A program made the translations under genes and the position numbers. DNA of 27,303 nucleotides from Myxococcales bacterium. GTDB taxonomy: Bacteria > Myxococcota_A > Polyangia > Polyangiales > JAFGIB01. This document shows, piece by piece, positions 1 through 7,642 of the stretch. Below the pieces are notes generated by a model. The model was not told where the DNA came from, ran no database searches, and saw only the letters and a program-made list of their open reading frames with translations. The stretch lies in the NCBI GenBank assembly GCA_028817905.1, contig JAPPOR010000544.1, positions 1 through 27,303 on the forward strand, written 5' to 3'. Position 1 is the stretch's first letter. Each line of letters starts with the position of its first letter.

Positions 1-54
1 GCGGAGTCGAGCAGTTGTGCGAGGGCGCGTGATTTGGTGATGGATGCGGGCTAG
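1..54. repeat. Left copy of a ~54-bp inverted repeat, truncated by the window edge (partner at 9535..9588)
   Basis: The reverse complement of 1-54 is ctagcccgcatccatcaccaaatcacgcgccctcgcacaactgctcgactccgc. Positions 9535-9588 read ctagcccgcatccatcaccaaatcacgcgctctcgcacaactgctctccgc. The first 30 nt are identical, then there is one substitution and a 3-bp indel. Confidence 0.8.
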
Positions 55-776
55 GCCTGGTTCGCCTTTTGCTCATCATGTTCCACCTTGCCGTCCCGCA
101 GGTGAACGACGCGGGCGGCGTGGGCGACCACGCGCGCGTCGTGGGTCGAAAAAACAAAGGTCATCCCGCGTTCGGTCCGCAGGCGACGCATCATCGCTAT
201 CAGTGCTTCGGCGTTGTCGCTGTCCAGGTTGGCGGTGGGCTCGTCGGCGAGCACCAGGCGCGGCTCTCCGGCGACCGACCGCGCCACCGCGACCCGCTGC
301 TGCTGTCCACCGCTGAGCTCGCCTGGCCGCCGGTCCGCGAGTTCGGCAAGCCCCAACTCCGCCAGGGCCCGCTGTGCTCGCTTGCGGCGCTCGCGGGCTC
401 CGATGCCGCGCAGCTCCAGCACGAACTCGACGTTTTCCTGGGCGGTCAGGACCGGTACCAGGTTGTACGCTTGAAAGACGAAACCGATCTCCGAAAGGCG
501 CAGCCTGGCTCGCTGCCGCTTCGTGAGCGATCCCAGGTCCCGCCCCAGGACAGTGACCGACCCGGATGTCTGACGGTCCAGCGCGCCGATGAGGTTGAGC
601 AAGGTGGTCTTCCCGCTGCCGCTGGGGCCGACCAGCGCCGTGAACTCGCCTGCCCCAATCGCCAGGTCGACGCCCCGAAGAGCGTGGACCGAGATGTCAC
701 CTTGACCGAAGGTCTTCGTGACACCCCGCATGTGCAACAGCGCGCGTGTGGCATCCTGATCGTGGCTATGGGTCAT
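51..776 (-). CDS. ABC transporter ATP-binding protein (LolD/MacB/FtsE-like)
   Basis: The ORF 51..890 translation contains Walker A GPSGSGKTT, the ABC signature LSGGQQQRVAVAR and Walker B LVLADEPT. The start was placed at the internal Met (MTHSHD...). That gives an ATG at 776..774 overlapping the upstream permease stop (TGA 775..773) as ATGA. Confidence 0.85.
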   Translation of the reverse strand: MTHSHDQDATRALLHMRGVTKTFGQGDISVHALRGVDLAIGAGEFTALVGPSGSGKTTLLNLIGALDRQTSGSVTVLGRDLGSLTKRQRARLRLSEIGFVFQAYNLVPVLTAQENVEFVLELRGIGARERRKRAQRALAELGLAELADRRPGELSGGQQQRVAVARSVAGEPRLVLADEPTANLDSDNAEALIAMMRRLRTERGMTFVFSTHDARVVAHAARVVHLRDGKVEHDEQKANQA

Positions 777-2014
777 TGGGCTACTCGCAAGGCATCGGCG
801 GGGTCCGTACGGGTGGCGTACAGCGCCGGGTACAGGGCGGCGAATACTGTTGCGGTCAGGGATAGCAGCAGGGCATGGGGCAGGATCCATGGGCCGAGGT
901 CCGCGTACATGACGGGGTCCAAGAGCACACCGCTCAGCGCCATGTCGCCCTCGCCCATCATCTCGGCCAGGCGAATGCCAGACGTGGCGAAATGGTAGAC
1001 AACCGGCAATCCGATGAGCAGGCCCAAGGCCGCACCGATGGCGCCCACACTGAGTGACTCGGCGAGCACGATCGCCGCCATCTGCGCGGCACTGACACCC
1101 AGGGCCGACAGGACCGCGAACTCTTTGCGCCGCTCGAGGACCGAGGCGAGCTGCGCACTCATCACCCCCAGCAGGACCAGCACGATCACAAGACCCACGG
1201 TCACGCGTGCAAAGCCCTGATCCATCTGGTAGCCCGCGAGTAACTCGGGCGCGACCTCGTGCCAGTGCAGGATTCCCTCCGGGGGAGCAACGACTTCTGA
1301 GAGCGCAAGGGCGATGCGGTCGGCTTGCCGGTAGTCCGACAGCAGAATCGTGACCTCGCCGGCGCCCTGTGCGCCGCTGAGCTGCACGGCGTCTGCCCGC
1401 GGCACCTGGACCAGGCCTCCATCGATGTTGTCGCTACCGGTCTCGACCACCCCGACGATTCTCAGCAGCGCCGATTGCATCTGTCCCGAGGCGTCCATCG
1501 CCGTGACCAGCACCTCGTCGTCGAGCGCACCGTCGAGACGCGTCAGGAGCTTCTTGCCCACCACCGCCGTACCGCGCTCGCCGGGCCGCAGGTAGCGTCC
1601 CTGCGCGATCCGCCGCACGAACCTCAGGGCCGCGGGTTCGCTTGCGGGATCGACCCCCACGACCTCGGCCGCCGCGACCCGTGTTCCCAGTCCCAGCAAG
1701 CCCTGGACGCGGGTGCGCGGCGTGGCCACCGCCACGCCCGGCAGCGAGCGCGCGTGCGCCAAGGTCTGTTCCCAATTCTGCAGCCGCAAGCTTCGGTCGC
1801 GCCGGGCTTGCCAGCCGGCTGGCACAACCCGCAGATGGCCCGCGCCGCATTCGGCCGCAGCACGAATGATCATCTCCTCTTCGCCCCGGATCCATGCCAG
1901 CGTGATCAATCCGATGGCGCAGCCGATGCCCACGCCCAGGGCCGAAAGCAGCGTCCGGCGGACGTGGCGACCGAGTCCGCGCACGGCGTAGCGGGCCGAT
2001 AGAGCAAACCTCAT
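773..2014 (-). CDS. ABC transporter permease, FtsX-like (LolC/E-MacB family), second of two
   Basis: N-terminal TM helix, a large periplasmic region, then C-terminal TM helices typical of FtsX/MacB permeases. The start was trimmed from ORF 773..2341 to the Met (MRFALSARYAV...) at 2014. It overlaps the upstream gene's stop as ATGA (cat 2012-2014, tca 2011-2013). Confidence 0.8.
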   Translation of the reverse strand: MRFALSARYAVRGLGRHVRRTLLSALGVGIGCAIGLITLAWIRGEEEMIIRAAAECGAGHLRVVPAGWQARRDRSLRLQNWEQTLAHARSLPGVAVATPRTRVQGLLGLGTRVAAAEVVGVDPASEPAALRFVRRIAQGRYLRPGERGTAVVGKKLLTRLDGALDDEVLVTAMDASGQMQSALLRIVGVVETGSDNIDGGLVQVPRADAVQLSGAQGAGEVTILLSDYRQADRIALALSEVVAPPEGILHWHEVAPELLAGYQMDQGFARVTVGLVIVLVLLGVMSAQLASVLERRKEFAVLSALGVSAAQMAAIVLAESLSVGAIGAALGLLIGLPVVYHFATSGIRLAEMMGEGDMALSGVLLDPVMYADLGPWILPHALLLSLTATVFAALYPALYATRTDPADALRVAQ

Positions 2015-3246
2015 GCGCGCATCGCCTCCACGGGCTGCAGGGTGGCGGCGTGCAAGGCCGGCCACAGAGACGCTAGCAGGGACGTGACAATGACAGCCGA
2101 AAGGCCGCTGGCGACGGTTTGAAACGAAGTGCGCGGAAACACGACGACGCCGAAGTTCATGCCGGCCAAGCTGAGGTTCTGCAGTTCGTTGCCAGCGCCT
2201 CCGAGGCCGGCGAAGTCGACGCCGGACGAGGCGAGGAGGGCGTTTCCGGCGATTCCCAAGGTCGTTCCCAGCCCGGCACCGAGGGCTCCCAACAGCAGTG
2301 CTTCGAGCGTCAACATGCCCACGATTCGCTGGGGTGAGCATCCGAGGGCCAACAACATGCCGAGCTCGTGGTTGCGCTCGAACGCCGCCATCAACATCGT
2401 GTTGGCGACCCCCGCGGCGGCCGCCACGAATACCAACAGCAGCAGGATCCAGGTAAAGCCGCTGGTCATCTGCAGCATCGACGTGAGCTCGGGCGCAAGC
2501 TCATCCCAGCGCTTGATCTCGAGCTCGCCGAAGCTGGGCAGACCGCCGACACTGGCGGCCAGGTGCGGGGCCCCATCGGGGTCGGCGCCATGCAACGTGA
2601 TCTCGTGCGCCTCGTCGTCCATCACGAACAGGCTTTGGGCCGCTGGGAGTGTCATGATCAGACCCGTGCTTTCGACCAACTCCACGGGGCTGGGGAGCAG
2701 GCCGGCGACCTCATATAGGTCGTTGGCGATCGAGCCGTCAGCTGCCTGCCCCACAATCGCGAGTTCATCGCCTTCCTTGACGTTCATGCGGTGCGCGAGA
2801 CTCTTGCCGATCAGAACCTGGTCCGATCGCAGGTTGGTGAGCTCGGGTCGCGTGCCCAAAAGACCCCGGGCACCCGCTTCTCGCTTCGGTTGCAGTCCCA
2901 CCACGACGCCCATGAAGCCCTGCTCGCCGAGGGCGACCAGGACCGGCGCGTAGATGCGCGCGGAGGCTTCGGGTGCTTCTGGAAGTCCGCGCAGCTGGCT
3001 GAGCTTGTCACCGAGGTGCGTGATCGTAAGGTCCATGCTCTGCTGCTCGCGATAGTCGTGCGCGTGAACCTGCACATGACCGAGCATCGGGCCGGTGAAC
3101 GCGTCCACCATGGCGTCCGTGTATCCGTTCATCAGGCCGTCCATGAGAAGCACCCCGGCTTGGGCCAGGGTGATGGCGAATAGACCGAGAAAGGTTCGAC
3201 GGAAGTTGCGCCCGAGGTTGCGTCGCGCGATACGGAGCGTCGTCAT
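2011..3246 (-). CDS. ABC transporter permease, FtsX-like (LolC/E-MacB family), first of two
   Basis: 411 aa starting MTTLRIARRNLGRNFRRTFLGLFAITLAQ, with FtsX-type topology (N-terminal TM, periplasmic domain, three C-terminal TMs). The ATG at 3246..3244 overlaps the upstream stop at 3245..3243 (ATGA). Confidence 0.8.
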   Translation of the reverse strand: MTTLRIARRNLGRNFRRTFLGLFAITLAQAGVLLMDGLMNGYTDAMVDAFTGPMLGHVQVHAHDYREQQSMDLTITHLGDKLSQLRGLPEAPEASARIYAPVLVALGEQGFMGVVVGLQPKREAGARGLLGTRPELTNLRSDQVLIGKSLAHRMNVKEGDELAIVGQAADGSIANDLYEVAGLLPSPVELVESTGLIMTLPAAQSLFVMDDEAHEITLHGADPDGAPHLAASVGGLPSFGELEIKRWDELAPELTSMLQMTSGFTWILLLLVFVAAAAGVANTMLMAAFERNHELGMLLALGCSPQRIVGMLTLEALLLGALGAGLGTTLGIAGNALLASSGVDFAGLGGAGNELQNLSLAGMNFGVVVFPRTSFQTVASGLSAVIVTSLLASLWPALHAATLQPVEAMRA

Positions 3247-4025
3247 CGGGCACGCTCGAGCCGCTGAAGCGAGAACGTACCTGGCGGAACCTCGGCGTCG
3301 AAGTCGATGTCGAGGTAGCGCATGACCGTTCGCTTGCCCGGCTTTCCGACGGGCGTCAGCGTCATGCGTGTCGGGATGCGGTGCCCGTCCACGACGCGCA
3401 CCTGGTCGAATACGAGGGTGCGCGCATGCCGCATGCGGCGGTCAAAGTAGTGCGCTCGCCGCGGCAAGGTAAGATCCCCGTTGAAGGTGATGTCGATGCG
3501 CTTCCAGAGGCCCACGGTTTTTGCCTTCGCATCCAGCCGCACGAGCTTGCCCTCGTTGTCTGGCGCGTCGGTGGCCGCCGTGGCATGGAAGTCGTCTGCG
3601 TAGCTCGAGGCACGCACGAGGTCGTCATTGGTGAAGTCGCTGCCCATCCAGGGCGACAACATGGCGGACGGGGGAATACGGATGGTGCGCGCGATCCTGG
3701 GCAGGTAGTTCCAGAGATTCTTTTCCACGCGCAAGGTCGCCGTGCCCTTGTCGCGGGCGGGCGACTCGATCACGATAAGGGCCCGGTCCTTGCCCCGCGT
3801 CAGCGCCCGCATGCGGACGGTGCGCGAACGCCGTTTGGTCTCTACCGTCATCTCGATCCGAGCGATGCTGCTTTCCGATCGGTACAGCTCGTCTAGGCGT
3901 CGCAGGGCGGCCTGGAGCTCGCCTTGGCTCTTGCCCCCGGCATGCGCGTCCTGCCCGATCGCAGTGGCGGCGAGGGCACATGTCAGGGCCAGGGCGCCCG
4001 TGGCCCGCATCGTCCACGTACTCAT
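3243..4025 (-). CDS. Periplasmic LolA-like / outer-membrane lipoprotein-sorting-like protein with signal peptide
   Basis: Internal start MSTWTMRATGALALTCALAATAIGQDAHA looks like a signal peptide. The ~260-aa mature domain carries a WMGSDFTNDDL motif, recalled from LolA-like (PF17131-type) proteins that often accompany FtsX/RND exporters. Its ATG 4025..4023 overlaps the TetR stop 4024..4022 (ATGA). The long N-terminal extension of ORF 3243..4754 is rejected because it overlaps the TetR gene in another frame and is Arg/Pro/Gly-rich. Confidence 0.65.
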   Translation of the reverse strand: MSTWTMRATGALALTCALAATAIGQDAHAGGKSQGELQAALRRLDELYRSESSIARIEMTVETKRRSRTVRMRALTRGKDRALIVIESPARDKGTATLRVEKNLWNYLPRIARTIRIPPSAMLSPWMGSDFTNDDLVRASSYADDFHATAATDAPDNEGKLVRLDAKAKTVGLWKRIDITFNGDLTLPRRAHYFDRRMRHARTLVFDQVRVVDGHRIPTRMTLTPVGKPGKRTVMRYLDIDFDAEVPPGTFSLQRLERAR

Positions 4026-4657
4026 GGGCTCTCCCGGTTCACCGAGGGCGGAGCCGACAGGTCTCGGCACAGCTCGAGGGTCTTGAGCGATAGATGCTCG
4101 ACGTCCGCGGGGGAAAGGTCGTCGAGCCGGTCGGCGAACCACCGGTCGAGCCCCAGCAGAAGATGCGTCAGTCCGGTCGCGAGCATGTCGGTGGGCACGT
4201 CGTCTCGCACGGCACCCAGCGTTTGCCCGTGCTCGAGGGTCTCGATCACCGCAGCCTGTAGTTGCTGTCGGACGCGGTCGACCACCTGCTGGGCCCCGCT
4301 GTCGCCGTACAGGCAACGTCCCAGGGCGGAAAGGTCCGGCTCCGCAAACGTGAGCTCGGCGGCCCGCATGCCCCAGGCCCCCAGCGATTGCCAGAAGCCG
4401 TCCGCATCGTGGGCCGGCGGCGGCGGCCCGACGCGCGCGATGACGTCCGCGACCAGTTGGTCGATGACCGCACCGAACAGGTCCGCCTTGTCGGCGAAGT
4501 AGTAGTACATCGCGCCTTTGCTCACCTCGGTGGCCGCGATGATGCGGTTGTAACTCGCGCGCTCGAACCCGTGGGTGGCGAACTCCTTTCGCGCTGCCCG
4601 AAGAAGCTGATTGCGCTTGGTTTCCGGGAGCTTGAAGTAGCGTTCGAGGGGCGGCAT
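4022..4657 (-). CDS. TetR/AcrR family transcriptional regulator
   Basis: The N-terminal HTH region LLRAARKEFATHGFERASYNRIIAATEVSKGAMYYYFADK matches the TetR_N signature. Its 211-aa size is typical. It is the first gene of the ATGA-coupled exporter operon. Confidence 0.85.
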   Translation of the reverse strand: MPPLERYFKLPETKRNQLLRAARKEFATHGFERASYNRIIAATEVSKGAMYYYFADKADLFGAVIDQLVADVIARVGPPPPAHDADGFWQSLGAWGMRAAELTFAEPDLSALGRCLYGDSGAQQVVDRVRQQLQAAVIETLEHGQTLGAVRDDVPTDMLATGLTHLLLGLDRWFADRLDDLSPADVEHLSLKTLELCRDLSAPPSVNRESP

Positions 4658-4670
4658 CCGGGGCTCGTCC

Positions 4671-4727
4671 TAGACCAGTGAGGTTCTCTACCACTGGTCC
4701 AACCTTTGGTTCGACCAGTGGTCTAAA
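4671..4727. promoter_or_regulatory. Putative TetR operator array: GACCAGTG-N11-CACTGGTC plus the compact palindrome GACCA-G-TGGTC
   Basis: The inverted repeats lie 14-70 bp upstream of the TetR start codon (4657, minus strand). Half-site TAGACCAGTG at 4671-4680, its inverse CCACTGGTC at 4691-4699, and the palindrome GACCAGTGGTC at about 4713-4723. Confidence 0.45.
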
Positions 4728-4748
4728 AATGTCGCAAGTCCGCCGGGC

Positions 4749-4754
4749 TGTCAA
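4749..4754 (-). promoter_or_regulatory. Candidate -35 hexamer (TTGACA on the minus strand) for the TetR-exporter operon
   Basis: Perfect TTGACA on the minus strand. About 17-18 bp downstream is a weak -10 (CATTTT/ATTTTT) that overlaps the second operator palindrome. Confidence 0.25.
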
Positions 4755-4758
4755 GTCG

Positions 4759-4880
4759 TTCCGGTCTCCGGTTCCGGGTCCGGTCCCGGCTTCCGGCTTC
4801 CGGCTTCCGGCTTCCGGCTTTCGGCTTCCGGTCCCGGTCCCGGCTTCCGGCTTCCGGCTTCCGGCTTCCGGCTTCCGGCG
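4759..4880. repeat. Heptanucleotide tandem repeat (GGCTTCC)n, about 17 units with a few 6-nt and variant units
   Basis: Directly visible: ...ccggcttccggcttccggcttccggctttcggcttccggtcccggtcccggcttccggcttccggcttccggcttccggcttccggcgg. It begins right after the TAA stop (4882-4884) of the upstream minus-strand gene and ends just upstream of the candidate -35. The unit length is not a multiple of 3. Confidence 0.9.
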
Positions 4881-4881
4881 G

Positions 4882-7398
4882 TTATTCGCAGCCGGGTTGG
4901 TTGCCGCAGGTGAAGCGCACGTGCAGGTGGTCCAGATGGCCGGGGACGTGCTGCACCAGCGGCTGTCCTTGCCCGGGAGCTCGCGGGTATTCCAGCCAGG
5001 CCGCCAGATCGGTTTCGGAGATCAGGTTGTGCTTGCGCGCGTGGTCGTAGAGCAGCTTCTGCAGAGAGCGGTCGACGTAGATGGCCTCGACCTCACCGGT
5101 TGCCCTGAGCAAGTGCAACATGCGCCAGGTGCGGCGCAAGTGCAGATTGCCCGCGCCCATGTCCCGCCAATTGTAGGGCTGGCCGGGGGCTGGGAGCTGG
5201 GGATAGCCCAGGTCCACGTCGCGCCCCGACTGGTGACTGCCGTGGGGTGGCAAGGGCCCTCCCTTGCGCTGTGAGAGCGTCCCGACCAGGATCGGATCGG
5301 CTTGCGGTTCCAGCTTGGGCCACGCCCGCAGGATCGCGTCGAGCAACCCGATCGTGCGGCGTGTGGCCCACGTGCGCGCTCGCTTGGCCTTGATGATGCG
5401 GCCGTCGCCGGGTGGTAGCGGAGCGGAGCCCTGGATGCGCCCTCGGCTGGGGCTGCCGATCGAGCGGCTTTCCTTGCCTGGGACGTGTCGGTAGATCACC
5501 ACCTCGGTGCCGGCCTTGAGCTCCTTGTCCAGGTCCAGCTCCTGATTCAGCGCCTCCATCTCGCTGTGATAGATCTCGTATAGGTTGGCCACGAAGCGCG
5601 CGGTTCCCCCGCGTTTGATGGCGTACTTGACCTCGGTCGGTTGACGCTTCTGCCACGCTTCGATCGAGCGCGCCGCTGCGCGGATGCCGCGCGGGTCAGG
5701 TGGTGCGCTGGTGTCGTCGGCCGCCGCCGCCTGCGCTTGTGTCGATGAGGTGACCGCCGGCTTGTCGACCTCGGCAGAGGCCCCCTCTACCACCGATGCG
5801 CGCTCGCTGTGGGCGCGCACGATCCCGAGCGGCTCGTCCGTCACCACGACCGTACTACCCGAAAACGCGGTGCCTTCGGTCGACAGGCCGTGCCAGCCAC
5901 TGGGGACCGCTGGTAGGGTTCCGCTGAACATCCGGTGTGCGTCGGTGGGGCTTAGATTGATGCAGCCATGGGAGCGCGGGATGCCAAACCGCGTGTGCCA
6001 GAACGCAGCGTGCAGCGCGAAGCTTCCCTGAAAGTACTGGGTCCACGGCACATCTTCCACGCGGTAGCGGTTGTCGCCCGCCTCTGGTCCCAGGTCGGCC
6101 ATCGTGTCTGTCACGCGCTTGCGCCGGATCTGAAACACGCCCGTAGGGGTCGCGTGGTCCGCGATGCCGCTGGACATCAAGGTCGCGAACACGGGTGTGT
6201 CTCCTTCGTAGAGCACGGCGGTTTGCTGATCGAGGTCCAGATGCACCCACGGGTGGTCCGCTGGCACGCCCCTGGGCCGCGGCACGGCGTGGGCGACTGC
6301 GGCGAACCAAGCGCGCAAGTATCGGGGGCCGTTCGGCGTCTGGAGCTCGTGCATGATCCGCTCGCCCATGCGACGCGTCCCTAGCCAGGTGTCGAGCAAC
6401 GTCTGCCGCTCGATCTCGGGCAGGTCTGGGTCTGTGCGAAAGACCGTTGTGCCATCGTGACGTATAAACATGCGCTTCGGCTGGGCGGTGCGCACGGCCC
6501 AGGCGATTGGGAGGCGGCGATCGCCGGAGAGCTCTACCCCGTGGAAGTCGTGGCCGGTCCTGGGCTCGAGCCGGGCCTGCTTGATGTAGCGACCCTGGGT
6601 GGTGCGGACAAAGCGCCGCGAGGCCCGGACCTCCGTGCCGCTGACGGCTACGAAGAACCCGCGGTCCAGGTAGCGGGCGGTCACCTCGGTTCCGGGTGGA
6701 CCCCGATCGAGTTCGCCTGCGAGATAGCGTGCCGCCCGCTTGGGCTTCTTCTCGAGTAGCTCGTGGTAGTGCTGGGCTTTGGCGGCCGCCGCCCGTTGCT
6801 CCGAGCGGGACGGGAGCCGATGGTAGGAGGGCACGGTCGCCTCCTTGACGAAGTAGTAGTCATAGGGCAGGGGCTCATCGCGCGCCGGAGGTGGCAGCAC
6901 CATGGCACCGCGGGCGCGGGCCCTTTGTGCTTGCCCGTCCTTCCAGCCTCCGTCCGTGGGGGCCTCCAGAACGATGGCCGCGTCCTGGACTTCGAGGCCC
7001 TCGCGCGGGCACACGTAGCCGGTGGGGTGGATGCGGTAGTAGCCACCGTAACATTTCCGCCCTTCGGTTCGCTCCTCGGAGAGCCGCACACGCGAGCCCT
7101 GGCGGAGCCATCCGACGACCGCCGTCTCCGGATCGGGCCTCTGATAGACCTTGAGCTCGACCGTCGTTACCGCCCCGTGCTTGGGGTATTCGGCTTCCAT
7201 CTTCTCGCGGGCCAGCCGCTGCGCTTCGGCCCGTGCGGCTGCCTGCCGCCGGGCCTCCCGCTCGGCTTCCGTCTCGGGCACCTCTTCGGCGGACAACGCG
7301 CCCGGCTGCCCCGACTCGGCTCCATCGTCTCCGCAGGCGGACACGAGCACAATGCTGGCTATCGCCACAAGCGCGACTGCCCACGAACCACTGCCCAT
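4882..7398 (-). CDS. Lipoprotein fusing SH3b-like, L,D-transpeptidase (YkuD) and MepA-like (peptidase M74/LAS) murein endopeptidase domains
   Basis: Lipoprotein signal peptide MGSGSWAVALVAIASIVLVSAC. SH3b-like segment VYQRPDPETAVVGWLRQGSRVRL...GYYRIHPTGYV. YkuD catalytic motif RSHGCINLSP. C-terminal MepA-like zinc motifs HGSHQSGRDVDLGY and GHLDHLHVRF. The start was chosen at the Met preceding the lipobox (ATG 7398..7396). The ORF-track start at 7512 would run through the 11-bp repeats. Confidence 0.75.
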   Translation of the reverse strand: MGSGSWAVALVAIASIVLVSACGDDGAESGQPGALSAEEVPETEAEREARRQAAARAEAQRLAREKMEAEYPKHGAVTTVELKVYQRPDPETAVVGWLRQGSRVRLSEERTEGRKCYGGYYRIHPTGYVCPREGLEVQDAAIVLEAPTDGGWKDGQAQRARARGAMVLPPPARDEPLPYDYYFVKEATVPSYHRLPSRSEQRAAAAKAQHYHELLEKKPKRAARYLAGELDRGPPGTEVTARYLDRGFFVAVSGTEVRASRRFVRTTQGRYIKQARLEPRTGHDFHGVELSGDRRLPIAWAVRTAQPKRMFIRHDGTTVFRTDPDLPEIERQTLLDTWLGTRRMGERIMHELQTPNGPRYLRAWFAAVAHAVPRPRGVPADHPWVHLDLDQQTAVLYEGDTPVFATLMSSGIADHATPTGVFQIRRKRVTDTMADLGPEAGDNRYRVEDVPWTQYFQGSFALHAAFWHTRFGIPRSHGCINLSPTDAHRMFSGTLPAVPSGWHGLSTEGTAFSGSTVVVTDEPLGIVRAHSERASVVEGASAEVDKPAVTSSTQAQAAAADDTSAPPDPRGIRAAARSIEAWQKRQPTEVKYAIKRGGTARFVANLYEIYHSEMEALNQELDLDKELKAGTEVVIYRHVPGKESRSIGSPSRGRIQGSAPLPPGDGRIIKAKRARTWATRRTIGLLDAILRAWPKLEPQADPILVGTLSQRKGGPLPPHGSHQSGRDVDLGYPQLPAPGQPYNWRDMGAGNLHLRRTWRMLHLLRATGEVEAIYVDRSLQKLLYDHARKHNLISETDLAAWLEYPRAPGQGQPLVQHVPGHLDHLHVRFTCGNQPGCE

Positions 7399-7444
7399 TA
7401 AGGCCGTAAGCGTAGCAGAACCTGTGGGGCCCTGTCCCGCCCCA

Positions 7445-7488
7445 GGGGCACGCAAGGGGCACGCAAGGGGCACGCAAGCGGCACACAG
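7445..7488. repeat. Direct 11-bp repeat array GGGGCACGCAA x3 plus one degenerate copy (GCGGCACACAG)
   Basis: Visible in sequence at 7445-7488. It lies in the divergent intergenic region between the lipoprotein gene (start 7398, minus) and the FAH gene (start 7643, plus). Confidence 0.85.
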
Positions 7489-7642
7489 TGATGGCCCGCG
7501 CGCGCAAAACATTTAGCCAGCGGTCGCTGACAACGGTGACCGTGGGGTGCATAAGTGTTAGCCAAGAGGGCTGTCAAGCGAGCTCGTGCACACTTTGCCG
7601 ATGGGCAGGGGGCACGATGCGACCCAGCACAGGAGCGATGCG

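Noticed and set aside
4026-4754. Long N-terminal extension of the LolA-like ORF (the 503-aa version)
   Set aside because: It overlaps the well-supported TetR gene in a different frame and is Arg/Gly/Pro-rich. A signal peptide starts exactly at the Met whose ATG overlaps the TetR stop.
4759-4880. Tandem repeats (7-bp array here, 11-bp array at 7445-7488) as possible CRISPR arrays
   Set aside because: The units are 7 and 11 bp with no intervening unique spacers, and no cas genes are present. They are simple tandem repeats, not CRISPR.
4678-5274. Plus-strand ORF encoding a repetitive Pro/Ala/Ser/Gly peptide (PASGFRLPASGFRL...)
   Set aside because: It is an artefact of translating the heptanucleotide tandem repeat. 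The 7-nt unit gives a 21-nt pseudo-periodicity. The ORF then runs antisense through the 3' end of the real minus-strand hydrolase gene. It has no ribosome-binding site.
7399-7512. N-terminal extension of the hydrolase lipoprotein to the ORF-track start at 7512
   Set aside because: The extension would be translated through the 11-bp repeat array (giving the repetitive CVPLACPLRAP), with no signal-peptide character. A good lipoprotein signal begins at the internal Met (7398).
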